Assembly: GCF_009914755.1 (NCBI RefSeq)
Contig: NC_060948.1
Length of the DNA stretch: 64,000 nt
DNA from: the human T2T-CHM13v2.0 reference genome, Homo sapiens
Strand: one strand, 5' to 3'
The number at the start of each line of letters is the position of its first letter. The first letter of the stretch is position 1. Below, piece by piece: positions 49,791 to 62,719 of this stretch. A model generated the notes under the pieces. It saw only the letters and a program-made list of their open reading frames with translations. It did not search any database and was not told the DNA's origin. The position numbers and the translations under genes are program-made.

Positions 49791-49929
49791 ACATTTAAGA
49801 GGTAAATATTATAATGTAAGAATTTTTTCCAAATATAGAAAGGCTATACATGATATGTTGGTCAGACACAAATATGACAAATGTTTACTATATAGATTTT
49901 TAAAATTAAAAATACAATTGCCAAAATAT

Positions 49930-51180
49930 TTTCCCCTTACTAAAGGGGTGACTAGTGGTATGTACACAACTGAAAACAGAATTACTTTGTTGAAGATTGG
50001 ACATAGTGATTCTGCCAGGATGCAATATAAAAAAAGGAAATTGTATGAAAAAAGTAAGAGACATATAGATATTTATGAGAATCCCAATATCTGTTTAATG
50101 AGAGTTGGAAAGAAAAGGAAAGCAAGGGAAGGGAAATAAAATAAAATAAAATAAAATAAAATAAAATAAAATAAAGGAAAGGAAAAGGAAAGGAGGGGAT
50201 GAAGAAATCAAATAATGGACTAAAATTTCCTTAAATTGAAAAAGGACTTAAGTGTTCAGATTGAAAGAGCCCACCAAGTCTCAAGTAGCAACAATGGGAA
50301 GAATGACACATGTCTAGACAGATTCTGGTAAAAATTTTAAACTATAAAGTCAAAGTGAATATCCTCTTCCAGGCACCTTGGTGTAGCACATAAGCTACAT
50401 ATCCCTATGGGGTAGCTCTATTGGATCGCTAACTCACCCCTTCACCAAAATTAACTCAAATGGATCAAAGAGCTATCAAAAAATATGAAATCATCAAAAG
50501 ATAAGAAATACTAAAAAAAAAAGCACAAGGAGATAAGGCACAAAACCTAGATGCTATAATTCCATAATGGAAAACATGATCGATGAGTTTGACTGCATAA
50601 CAATTTAAAACATTTGCAAAGCATGGAGTATTATAAGTTAATTAAAAAGACCAATGGCAAAGTGATAAAAAAGTAATGTTTATGCTATAGGTTTAATGTC
50701 TTGATATATATATATATTACTTTTGATATTTAAATGTATCTATTAAGTTCTTACAGATCCATAATAAGAAAAAATAGAAAAAATGGACAAAGAACAAGAA
50801 AATACAGTTCTCAAAATGAGACATATAAATAGCCAATATTTATATTTAAAAGTATTGAATCTCACTCAAATTTTTTAAAACTCAAGATATCATTTTTTAC
50901 TTCTCAGATAGAAAAAGGTTGAGAAATTTGATAATATACTTGGTTGGCAAGAGTGTGAGAAAATGAGCATTCTCCTAAACTCCTTACCAGTAAGCTTTTT
51001 GGAGAGCAATTTGGCAATATTAATCAACATTTCAAAACATGTATTTGTCCCAGCATTTTCTCTTTAGAAATTTGTGCTATAGATATATTAGCACAAATAT
51101 CCAAAATACATGTAAAAGATATTTATTGCAGCATTTTTGTAATACCAAAAGTCTGAAAACAATCTAAATATTTATTAGTT
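49930..51180 (+). mobile_element. Degenerate L1ME-like fragments (ORF1 and ORF2 end)
   Basis: cagattgaaagagcccaccaagt; ctttttggagagcaatttggcaatat; atatttattgcagcattttt. Confidence 0.65.
50134..50175. repeat. (AAAAT)~8 microsatellite
   Basis: Read directly from the sequence. Confidence 0.95.
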
Positions 51181-51269
51181 AGAGACAGGTACTTCTGGCA
51201 AAGAGAAGAGTCAAATATAACAGGAGTCTGTTTGCTTGAGGACTAAACAGTCTCCCAAATGTATTCTTT

Positions 51270-53150
51270 AAAAAACAGCTTTATTGAAACATAATTCACA
51301 TGCAATAAGTCACCCATGTAATGTGCACAATTTAATAGTTTTTAGTATATTCTCAACGTTGTACAACTATCACCACTATCTTATACCATAATGTTTTCAT
51401 CAACCCAAAAAGAAACCCTGTACCCATTAGAAGTCACTCACAATTTCTCCTTTCCCTCAGTCCCTGAAACCACAAATTGACTTTTCTTTGTGGATTTGCA
51501 TTTTCTGGACATTTCACATAAATTGAATATTATAATATATGACCTTTTGTGTCTGGCTTCTTTCATTTATTGTGATGTTTTCAAGGTTCATTCATATTGT
51601 AGGATGTATCAGTGCTTCGTCCTTTTGTGTCTAGAAAATATTCCATTGTATGGATAGGTCATGTTTTGTTTAGCCTGTCCTACTGAACAATCTTTCAACA
51701 ATTATTCTGAATAATCCTATTGAACATTCATGTACATGTTTTTGTATAGACACATGTTTTCAACTTTTTTGGTTATATATCTAGGAATGGAATTACTAGA
51801 TCATATGATAACTTCATGTTTAACATTTCAAGAAAATTCCAAACTGTCTTCCAAAGTGGCTGCACCACTCACAAAGTGCTGTGAGATTTACAATCTCACC
51901 AGCAGTGTATGAGGCTTCCAATTTCTTCACATCCTCACTACCACGTGTGATTGTCTGTTGTTTTGATTTTGGCCATTCTAGTGGGTATTAAGTTGTATCT
52001 AATTTTGTTTCTGCTTTGCATTCCCCTAATGACTGATGTTATTGAGCATGTTTTCATGCACATATTGGCCATTTGTGTGTCTTTGAAGAGATGTCTATTC
52101 AAATCCTTTGCCCATTTTTCCATTTGTTTCTTTGTTTTAGTTGTTGAGTTGAAGATCTTTATCTATTGTGGATACAAGTTCCTTATCAGATATATGACTG
52201 GTAAACATTTTCTCCTATTCTGTGGGTTGCATTTTCACATTATTGATTATATTTTTGGCAGGAAAAAAAGGTTTTGATTTTGAAGAAACGTAATTTATCT
52301 ATTTCTTCTTTTGTCACTTGTGCTTTTCTTGTTGCGTCTAGGAATACTATGCCTAATCCAAGGTCACAAATATTTACTCCTATGTTTTATTCTAAGAGTT
52401 TTGTAGTTTTGGCTCATACATTTATGTCTATGATTTTGAGTTAATTTTTTGTACAGCATATGATTTGAAGTAGGAGTCCAACTTCATTCTTTTGCATGTG
52501 GCTATTCAGTTGTTGCAGCACCATTTGTTGAAGAGATTATTCTTTCTCCATTAAATTGTGCTGACTCCCTTGTAGAAAATCAATGGATCATAAACGTAAG
52601 GTTTTATTTCTGGACTCTCAATTATATTACATTTGACTATATGTATATCCTTATTCCAGTACTATACCATCTTGATTACTGTAGTATTGTAGTAAGCTTT
52701 GAAGTCAGAAAGATTTAATACTTTTATTTTGTTCTTCCTTTTCAAGATTGTTTTGACTATTCTGTACCCCTTGCATTTCCATATGAATTTTAGGGTTCAT
52801 TCATGAATTTTTGCAAAAAAATCTGGCTGGGACTTTGATAGGGATAATGTTTTCTGTAGATCACTTTGGAGAGTATTTCTATCTTAACAATATTAAATCT
52901 TTCAATCTACGAATATGGAGTGTCTTTCCATTTATATAGGTCTGCTTTAACTTCTTTCAACAATGTTCTGTGGTTTTCAGTGTATGTCTTGTATTTTTTT
53001 GTTAAATGTATTCCTATTTTATTCTTTTAGATGCTATTGTAAATGGAGTTGTTTTCTTAATTGCATTTTCAGGTTGTTCATTGCTAGTGTATAGATATAC
53101 AACTTACTTTTGTATATTGATTAATCTTGTATATTGCCATGTAGCTGAAC
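51270..53150 (-). mobile_element. L1MB-like 3' fragment (~1.9 kb)
   Basis: aacagctttattgaaacataattcaca...ccaaaaagaaaccctgtacccattag (L1MB 3' end); ORF2 remnant KWAKDLNRHL. Confidence 0.88.
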
Positions 53151-53589
53151 TTGTGTGTGTGTGTGTATTTTAAATAGAGAATTTGCTATGGAATTTTGTT
53201 ACAAATAGATATATATAATTGCAAAAATAATTTTGTGTGCATACTCACACGTGCGTGCACACACACACACACACCCTGTAGGCTGTTGGGTAACAGCAGT
53301 GGAAAAAATAAGTAAAAAGTCTAACTGGAGAGTAATGAGATTACTAGTGCCTAAATCTCAGAATTCTTAGTCAAAACTTGCAGTAAAAAGTGAAAGTGAA
53401 CACATCCCAGTTTAATCTTTTACCCCAATGTCTTTAAATTGCTTCGCATTTTACTTTATTAAAAGCAAAAGTTAATCTTCTTTATCAGCTCAGAGCTATT
53501 TTAGATGCTTCCCAATCTTCAGTCTTCCTTCCCCTGTAACTACTCCCTCTTTATTTAGAAGGCATACAATAGACATTAACCCTAATGTA

Positions 53590-53830
53590 GAGAAGTAGTG
53601 TGGCATGGGAGTTGAGGGTATGGGCTCTGGAGTTAAACTGCTTGGGTTCAAATCTCATTTATGCTATATATTTGCTGTTTTGCCTAAAACATACCTTTAC
53701 CTCTCTTGGCCTCAGTTGCCCTATTCTAAAATGTGGGTTATTTTGGCACCTTCCTTAGAGGATTTTTGTGAGATTATGTATATAAAATACCTGAAACAAT
53801 ACACTGTAAATGCTCAATAAATGCAAGGAT
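53590..53830 (+). mobile_element. MIR, near full length
   Basis: atgggctctggagttaaactgcttgggttcaaatc...gcctcagttgccctatt...atgctcaataaatg. Confidence 0.82.
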
Positions 53831-55119
53831 GTCATTAATATTACATGTCAACCAGTTGGCATATAAGGAGATCTGTCTCCAGCCTGGGAAGATTTTAAAA
53901 TAAGCAAACAAAGCATCTTATTTTTAGCCTTTGGGCATCTGCTTTTCCTTGGCTTGTTGGAGAGAGTGTTCCTAAGGGATTCCCTTTTTAAAAGTTGGGG
54001 GCATGAAGAAGAAAGTGCCAGAGGGAGACAGTGAAAGACTCCAAGAAAGCAGAGAAGACAAATAGAAAGGAGAAGAAAGTTAGAAGGAGGAGAAACCAAA
54101 GAGGCCAGGGAGAGGAAAGTAGGTGGCTGGGGAGAGAAAGTATAACAAGAATAAAGTTCATGAAGGTAGGATGGTTGGGGGAGACCTTGTAATACAGAGC
54201 TAAGAACTTTATTGAAGTTTAACAGAAAAGAAACCCTTGTTTGAAAGGAAGAGATTGGCTATATTTAGTACTGGGTAGGATGTCAGTTCTGAAAATAAAC
54301 TGCTCCCAGAACTGAAAGCAATCCTCTGCACTGTTGTCACCTGCAGCATGCTGGCCTCCCTTATAGAGGAGAGTGGAACATGGTCATATCAGCTACCTCA
54401 GAGTTTCTGACATTCACAAGGACTTGCCCCACTTTGTCTCCTTGTCCCATTCCTAAGTTTTAAAACTTCTGATTAATGAGAAAATAATTTATACAGCTGA
54501 GAAAAGTGAAGTATATGTTGGTGTGTATGTGGAGCAGGGAAGTATCCTGCTAAGTTAATACAGGAATCTAAACACCATGTGGCCAGGTGCTTAATGCAAT
54601 ATTCACCACATCCATGGTACACATCTGGCATACCACTGTAGACACAGGGACCTAGTCAGAAGTATGACAGGCCATATATAAAGATATATTTGAAGCATCC
54701 GATAGGTGTCATAGAGGTAAGTTCTCTATGCAGATGTCATGCTTGTGTGACTTAGGGAACTCACATAGGGCATGCAGATAGGCTCAGGTTAGGATACATT
54801 AGGAAAAGACAGAGAATTCATGATTTGAGCCATCAAAAACAGAATGCATGTGGAGGAGGATGGAAATGAGGAGAAAGTTTTCCTTTTCCAACAGGAATAA
54901 ATATAATTGTGTTCATAGGTACAATGCCATCTACTGCTCCTTTACAAGACACAGAGACTTACAGGTACATTTAGATACATACACACACAAATACAAACAA
55001 CATATGTTGTGTTGGGAAAATATAGGTGATGCCTTTCACTGAATGAGAAAAAAAAACTAGAAAATGGGTATTTTGATGGAACAAAATATAACTAGAATTC
55101 TAACTTCTAACTTTAATTC

Positions 55120-55640
55120 ATCACTTCCACTATTACCACTCTCTCATCTAGACAGTTGCGATAGCTCCCTAATTGTTTTCCTGCTTCCAACATAAACCCC
55201 TCTTCTGAATATATACTCTACAGGGCAGCCAGAGAGATCTTTTTAAAATCACAAGTCATATTCTGTCATTCCTCTGCACAAAACCCTACAATATCTTCTC
55301 AGCTCACCCTGAGTAAAATGCAAAATATTTAACATGGTCTGCAAGACTCCACGTGATGTAACCCTCTGATACCTCTCTGGTTTCATTTACTACTAATCTT
55401 CCCTCACCCTTCCCACTCTAGGCATAGGCGTGCTGATCTCTTTGCTCCTCCTAGAACACATCAAGTACATTCTGGCCTCAGGGATTTGCATTTACTGTTT
55501 CCTCTCTGTGGGAGAAGCCTTCCCCATATAGCTGGATGGCTTGCTCCCTCACTTTGAGACTCACCTCAAATGTCACTTAGTGAGGGAGACTTTCCATAAC
55601 CATCATATATAAAATAGCAATTCTCCTCACCCTTTGTCAT
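55120..55640 (+). mobile_element. L2a-like fragment
   Basis: gcagccagagagatctttttaaaat...gcctcagggatttgcatttactgtttcctct...tcaaatgtcactt. Confidence 0.8.
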
Positions 55641-55824
55641 GTTTGATGGAGAAAGGAAGATAACGAGTACAGCCGTCTGATAGGTAGTTGGATATGTGGG
55701 TCTAGAGTTCAGCTAGAGGTCTGAGCCAGAGATGTAGATTTGGTATTTTCCATCACCCCAGGCAAGGAGAATAATGCTTGTAATGGTCTGGAGGTGATGG
55801 ATGTATCATGCTTTCTGCATGATA

Positions 55825-55980
55825 CATCCAAGGATCATTTGGGACTTTTTGAAAATGCAGCTTCTCTGGGTCTCACTCAAGATCTCTGAACAAAAAATCT
55901 CTGGAGGCAAGGTTTAGGAGTATGTAGCTTGATAAAGTTCCATATATAATTCTGATGTGCAGCCCTGCCTGAGAATCACA
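55825..55980. mobile_element. MER5-like hAT MITE
   Basis: aaaatgcagcttctctgggtctcac...attctgatgtgcagccctgcctgagaatcac. Confidence 0.6.
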
Positions 55981-56699
55981 CTCTAAAAAGAAACACGCAC
56001 CTCCACCAAATTTACTAGTAATTCCAACAGAGTGGTCACATGAGATGGGTGCCCATCAGCAGTGGATTGGATAAACAAGTATATATTTCCTCCACATCTC
56101 AGTAAATGGAACAACTTTTCTTCATCCACACAGTCCCTACAATGATTCAGGCCACAGTCATCTCTGACTTGACTTATTGACAGATTCTATTGCAGTTTAT
56201 GTGTTTATATAACTGTATTTCTCTTCAGTATTAGGCCATTTTGGCTAGCCCATCATTATTTAACCCCTCTGTTCTTCTATCCATTTGTTTTAGCAGACTG
56301 TGAGTAATGAGAGGATGAAACGATTCATTTATTCGTTCAACCAATATGTATTGATAACCTACTACATGGCATACCATGTCACATTCATTTCCGTATCTCA
56401 CATATCAAGTATATTGCCTTACCTTAAGTATGTACTCCATATATGTTTGTTTTATATTCAAACTTACTGTGTCACAGATAAGGAAAATAGGGCCTAGAGA
56501 TGAAGAATGACTTGCTAAAGCCACACAGCAGGTAAGTCCAGTTTTCTCTACATAGAACCACTTTGTCCCTCCCTCACACACTTCCATTATTGGTAACATT
56601 GCTCCTAAACTATTTGTCAGCTTCTGTGGCAAAGAAATAATTATCTCCATCCCCATAGGCTTTTCAGTTAAGAATCTATGTTCCCTTGGCATTGCTTAC

Positions 56700-56850
56700 A
56701 ATGCTGGTGTCACCACTGCTGAATCAGGATGTCCACAGATCAGCTTTTTATCTGGCACTTCTAAAGAGCTCCTGCTGACTTCAATAGAATATGGATAGAG
56801 CTGGCCTCCTATAGGAACTTTCAGGCTCTCAAATGGATTTGGGATGTGTC
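56700..56850 (-). CDS. Candidate internal coding exon (151 nt, phase 1-2): (G)HIPNPFESLKVPIGGQLYPYSIEVSRSSLEVPDKKLICGHPDSAVVTPA
   Basis: Strong acceptor tctttcctcattctctttctcccAG and donor gtaagc. Exactly one of the three frames is open (49 full codons). Non-repeat DNA. Protein not recognised. Confidence 0.5.
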
Positions 56851-57259
56851 CTGGGAGAAAGAGAATGAGGAAAGACTTTCAGAATTTGTGTGGAAGCATG
56901 TGTTTTATAAAAACAAAACATGACAAAATGAGTTATAAGAGAGAATTGATTGGGTTTATGGATGAAGTTCCTGATAATGATTACTTTTGACACTATATTG
57001 GACTATCACATAAAGTTGGTTCTTTATGTCTAATCTATTTCCACTTGCTACAATTTAGTAAAAACCTAAATAAGTTTAGTACATTCTAGGAATATAAATA
57101 AGTCATGCAATGTGTAGCCTTCTAGAGAAAATTTCTGCTTCTAATTTGCTCAAGCTGAGCGTAAGGGACCCTCTTAGAATGGTTTAGAAACATGTTGTTT
57201 TGACATCTTTATATCTTTGTGCATGCCGTTTCTCTGCTCTCAATGGATCTTATTAATTC

Positions 57260-57512
57260 TTTTTTTTTTTTTTGACTCTTACACTGTTGCCCAGGCTGGA
57301 GTGCAGTGGCACAATCTCACTGCAACCTCTGCCTCCCGAGTAGCTGGGATTACAAGCGCCCACCATCACGCCCGGCTAATTTTTGTATTTTTAGTAGAGA
57401 CTGGGTTTTGCCATGTTGGCCAGGCTGGTCTCAAACTCCTGACCTCAAGTGATCCACCCACCTCGACCTCCCAAAATGCTGGGATTACAGGCATAAACCA
57501 TCACACCTGGCC
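57260..57512 (-). mobile_element. Alu (AluSz-like) with internal deletions
   Basis: poly(T)...gcccaggctggagtgcagtggc...ctcctgacctcaagtgatccaccc...cctggcc. Confidence 0.95.
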
Positions 57513-58337
57513 AAATTTATATTTAAATATCACTTTTTCTTGTAAGCATTTTATAATCTCCTCAATTACTGCATTAGGTATATTTCCTCTCTGCTCCTTT
57601 CCAAAACACATGTCACCCTTTGTTACATTTGTCTATTGGCTAGCTTTCCTACTAAATTATGAGCCCCTTGAAAACAGGGATTCATTTATTAATTATATAT
57701 TAACTAATAACATATCGCTATATATATATCTATATTAATAACATGTAACAAATTCATTTATTATTGTATCTTAATTTATTACTGTATCACCAGAGCCTGG
57801 TACAAAGCTGTCCCTCAATATATGTTTGCTGATTGTTGAATGAATCAAGGAGCTCCTAATTTAGTAAAGGAAATAGGCATGGAATCATGTAAATTATATT
57901 ACCATATGATGACGGCAAAAATAGAAGTATGTTTACCAGGTGAATTTATTTACTAATTCCTTTATTCCTCCATTCAACACACACAGAGGACTTCTGTCCC
58001 AAGTCTATTGGGAAACACAGAGAAGTAAGTAAGCCATTTAAATATAGTGCAGTACATGCTCTGACAACAGTTAAGTACATCCTCTATGACTCAATTGAAA
58101 AAAATACTTCCTCCAGGAAGCCTTCCTTGACTTCTTCAGATAGAGTTTGATTTCTCTTGTCTTTATCTCTCATCTGTATCCCTAAACTTTATGTGCTTTC
58201 TTCAAATATAATGAATATTATGTTCTACATCTATTGTAATCACTGGTTTTAATGTGTTTGACTTTTCCACAAGCCAATGAGCCCCTTGAGGGCAGAGCCA
58301 TTTTGATGCACACTGGAATAGAGTAGTAATCTCTCAG

Positions 58338-58540
58338 AAAATAATAGTAATGCCTACCATTTGTTGAGTGCCTATATTACTTATTACTTACATTATCTCA
58401 AGTCATTCTGTTTTCAACAAAGACTTTATTGTCCCTATTTTACAAATGAAGAAACTGAGGCTCAGAGGCTTAAGTAAGTTAACCAAGTATCACAAAACTA
58501 ATTTATGGAACTGGTTGTAAGCCCAGGTCTGACTTCCAAG
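58338..58540 (-). mobile_element. MIR
   Basis: ctattttacaaatgaagaaactgaggctcagagg core. Confidence 0.85.
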
Positions 58541-58742
58541 GCCTTAGCATAAGGATTGGCTTAGCTTTGGAATTGTTTTCTATAGTTACTATTTATTTGA
58601 ACCTTGAAGTACATTAAACTTAGGGGGACTCAGTTGGCAGATTCTTAACCAGGTTTCAGGTGCTTAGATCCTTTTTCAGCAGAGATAATTCCAGGTAAAA
58701 CTGTAACAGCGACAAAGTTTGTGTCTTTCTTTGACTCTAAAG

Positions 58743-59087
58743 CAGAGATCCCTAAACTTTTTGGCACCAGGGACCGGTTTTGTGGAAGACAATTTTTCCA
58801 CCACGGTGGTGGTAGGAGGGGATGGTTTGGAGATGAAACTTTTCCGCCTCAGATTGTCAGGCATTAGTTAGATTCTCATAAGGAGCATGCAGCTTAGACC
58901 CCTCTCCTGTGCAGCTCACAATAGGGTTCACGCTCCTATGAAAATCTAATGCCACTGCTGATTTGACAGGAGGTGGAGCTCAGGTAGTCATGCTCCCTCA
59001 GGGGCCACTCACCTCTTGCTGTGTGGCCTGGTTCCTAACAGGCCGCCGACCCCTACCGGTCCATGGTCTGCGGGCTGGGGACCCATG
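58743..59087 (-). mobile_element. MER1B hAT-Charlie MITE (345 bp)
   Basis: Termini cagagatccctaa...ggggacccatg; 8-bp TSD ctctaaag / ctttaaag. Confidence 0.93.
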
Positions 59088-59528
59088 CTTTAAAGTACAT
59101 GCCATGATTTGGTCCAAAATGTCAATCCTTATACATTTTCCTGGAATTTGTCTCTAATATTGAATGCTTTTAAACTTCCTTCTTCATTTATTTTTTCCCA
59201 TTGACTCCTTCCTTTCACTTGAAAATCCACTGGGTTATCCTGTGTTGAAATCTTATAACTCTGCCATGATTTTTTAGTTTCCTCTCAACATACTGAGATT
59301 TGACATTTTACCCCACCACCAAAACCATTTTCAATAAGTCACCAATACCCTATGGGGCTAAATTCATTGAATACTTTAAATTACCTATCCTAATTTCTCT
59401 TCACTATTAGCCCATTTTGACTACCCCATCTTTATTGAAACTCTCTCTGCTCTTCTGTGACAATGTGTATCCTGATTCCTTTCTAACATCTGCTTACTCC
59501 TTCTCTTGTTTCTTCACTGATTCTTCTT

Positions 59529-60032
59529 ATTTTAATTTCAATTTCATTTTAGATTCAAAAAAAACAGAATTTGTTCTTTTTCATGGCTGCATAGTATTCC
59601 ATGGTGTATATGTGCCTTATTTTCTTTATCCAGTCTACCACTGATGGGCACCTAGGTTGATTCCATGTCTTTGCTATTGTGAATAGTACTGTGATGAACA
59701 GGCACATGCATGTGTCTTTTTGGTAGAACTATTTATTTTCCTTTGGTTATATACCCAATAGTGGGATTGCTGGGTCGAATGGTAGTTCTATTTTAAGCTT
59801 TTTGAGAAATCTCCAAACTGCTTTCCAAAGTAGTTGAACTAATTTACATTCTCAACAACAGTGCATAAGTGTTCCCTTTTCTCTGCAGCCTTGCCAGCAC
59901 CTATTTTTTTTTTTTTTTTACTTTTTAATAGTAGCCATTCTGACTGGTGTGAGATGGTATCTCATTGTGGTTTTGATTTGCATTTTTCTGATTAGTGATA
60001 TGGAGCATTTTTTCATATGTTTGTTGGCTATA
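59529..60032 (-). mobile_element. L1PA16-like 3' fragment with internal deletion, inserted in L2
   Basis: 11-bp TSD tgattcttctt (59518-59528 and 60033-60043). The extreme 3' end is joined to the ORF2 end through a short A-rich filler. Confidence 0.88.
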
Positions 60033-60848
60033 TGATTCTTCTTTATCCTTTTGCTCTCTAACTGTTCCACATGGTAACACAGTCCTTTTCACTCTCCCTT
60101 TCCTCTACCTCAGCAATTTCATCCATTTTCAAAACTCCAATGATCTCTTTCGTGTTAACAAGCCTTAAAATTCCTCAAGTTCCTCTCCTGTCTTGTCACT
60201 TAAATTCTAGTACCATATCTCTAACTTTGTACCAAATATTCCTACTTGAAAATGTCTCATCTTTACCTCAAATTCAACACTTCTAAAGAATAACTCAAAG
60301 ATCTCATTATCTTCCCTATTTATGGTATAGTGAAAGGAATACTAGACCAAGTGTCAGGAGACTTGGATTCTACTCCTGGCTCTGCCACTAACTTGGTATT
60401 TCCTGGTTTTTCTCAACAAGAGTTTATCTTATGAAAATCACAGTAAACAGTACTTTGAAGGGGTCATATATGAATCTTCAAGGAGCTAATTCTAGTTGGA
60501 AAGATAAGACATATACATAAGTTACTACAGTACAAATTAAAAAGTGATAAATACCGTAAGAGAAGTATAACTACATTGTCATGAGAGTTCAGAGGTATTT
60601 CTGGATGATGAGACAATGAATTATATTGTAGAGAAAATAATATTTGATGTAGTCTTTGGACTATTTGGAGGCAGAAACAATAATACCTGATTCATTTATG
60701 AGTGGAGGCTAACAGAGAGAAAGGTTAAATAGATGCTAAAGCTTCAAACTTGTGTAACTAAAGCATTTGTGATGTCATCTCAAATAAAAGAGAAATCAGG
60801 ATGAGCAGGTAGCTTGTGGTTTTGAATACAATTTTATAATTGAGGTTG

Positions 60849-61428
60849 GTCTCACACCAGTCCGAATGGCTATTATTAAGAAGTCAAAAATCAACAGATG
60901 TTGGCAAGGCTGCAGATAAAAGAGTATGCTTATACACTGTTGGTGGGAATATAAATATAAATTAGTTCAACCACTGTAGAAAGCAGTTTGGAGGTTTCTC
61001 AAAAAAAACTTAAAACAGAACCACCATTCAACCCAGCAATCCTAATATTGGGTATATATCCAAAGGAAAATAAATCATTCTACCAGAAAGACACATGCAC
61101 TCATATGTTCTTTGCAGCACTATTCACAATGGCAAAGACATGGAATCAATCAACCTGGGTGCCCATCAGCAGTGGATTGGATAAAGAAAATATGGTACAC
61201 CATGGAATACTATGCAGCCACAAAAAAGAACAAAATCATGTTCTTCGCTGCAACATGGATGCAGCTGGAGGCCATTTTCCTAAGTGAAATAATACAGGAA
61301 CAACAAAAAAAAACCCCTCATGTTCTCACTTATAAGTGGGAGCTTAACATTGGGTACTCAGGGACATAAAGATGGCAATTGGGTAGCCTGCTTACTACCT
61401 GGGTGACAGGATTAATCATACCCCAGCC
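60849..61428 (+). mobile_element. L1PA16-like fragment
   Basis: ORF2 C-terminal remnant LKTEPPFNPAILILGIYPKENKSFYQKDTCTHMFFAALFTMAKTWNQ; 3'UTR with an internal deletion. Confidence 0.88.
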
Positions 61429-62719
61429 AAAGTTCTTTACAACTCTAATATCATATATTTATTCCTTTAAACTGACCTCCCCCTTCCAACTTCTCAGTAT
61501 GCAATGGTATCATATTCAACTGAAAACATCTCATCCTTACTTCCCATTCTCACTGTCAATTCCCTAACCAGGCCCTTATCATCTTCTGTTTAGATTACTC
61601 CAAAATACCCCAATTTGGCTGACCTGACTCTAGTATCTCCCCACTCCTATATATCATGCCCAGTGTATCTTTCTTAAATGTGGCTTATTTTCATATTTTA
61701 TTCCTTTGTTCTAAAATTTATTTCTAATTCCCAGAGCATTAAGTCTAAATTGCCTGTCATTCGAGTTATTCTCCAGCACTATATATTCCAATCCTCTCTT
61801 CAATATACCTCTTACATAAGACAGTTTGAATGTTTCACTCTTTGCAGACTCCATGCACATTGCTACCAATCCAGATTTCCATGTGAATTCCTTCATGTGA
61901 ATTATATATGGTTATTCATTTTCTGCCCAGATCTCAATTCCTCTTTGAATCCTTACCTATCTAATTTATTTCAACATTTGTAACTCCTTCATCACTTTCA
62001 CCCATGCCCTAGTCTCTTTTTCAGTATGCTCTGTTAGATATACTCTCCCTTCTTTCAATATGTTTTTGAGTTAACTGTCATATCAGAAATGATCTGAACA
62101 ACCGGTTACTACAAAGCATGGAAAGGTGTATTTTATTCATTACAAAATCATAACTCAGAGGTTTCTAAAACAGACTTAGTAAAGAAGATATTTCCAAGGC
62201 AGGGTGACTTTTCTGGTGTCCTTCAAGGTTACTTATTTATTTATTGAAAATCAATGGCTTTCAGAAATAGATGTGTTGATCTGTGCTGAGACAATATATC
62301 CAAATTCAACTGGAATTGAATTAATGTCAGCAAGGTGCCTTAAAAAGAGAAAGAAGGCATTGGATTGGGAAACAGGAGACCTGTGTTCACTACTAGGCCC
62401 AATGCTGCCACTTACTAGCTGTATGATCTTGGACAACTCAATGAATCTGTCAAAATATGTTTTCTGAAGAGTACACCATTAACTAAGGAGCTAAGAAAAC
62501 AAATTTTCTGAAGTGCACTGCTACAACAATCTAACAAGTTTGTAAAAGAAGTTGTCTGGCAATACATAGTGAGTTTTGTAATGTCTCAACATCAAATTTC
62601 TGTATATAATTGTACTATAGTGATAGCCTATCAAAAATCACGGAACTTCGAGTTGTCTTTTAGAAACAAAACAGCTTAAAGAACAAATAAAGATATTCAT
62701 GTAGATTTCCAAAAATTGG

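Noticed and set aside
53850-54170. TATA-like motif, purine-rich tract and AATAAA suggesting an ancient LTR or promoter
   Set aside because: No termini, TSD or recognisable family; these motifs are common in AT-rich DNA.
57217-57738. 173-aa ORF
   Set aside because: Antisense Alu translation (AQAGVQW..., [18 protein letters not shown]).
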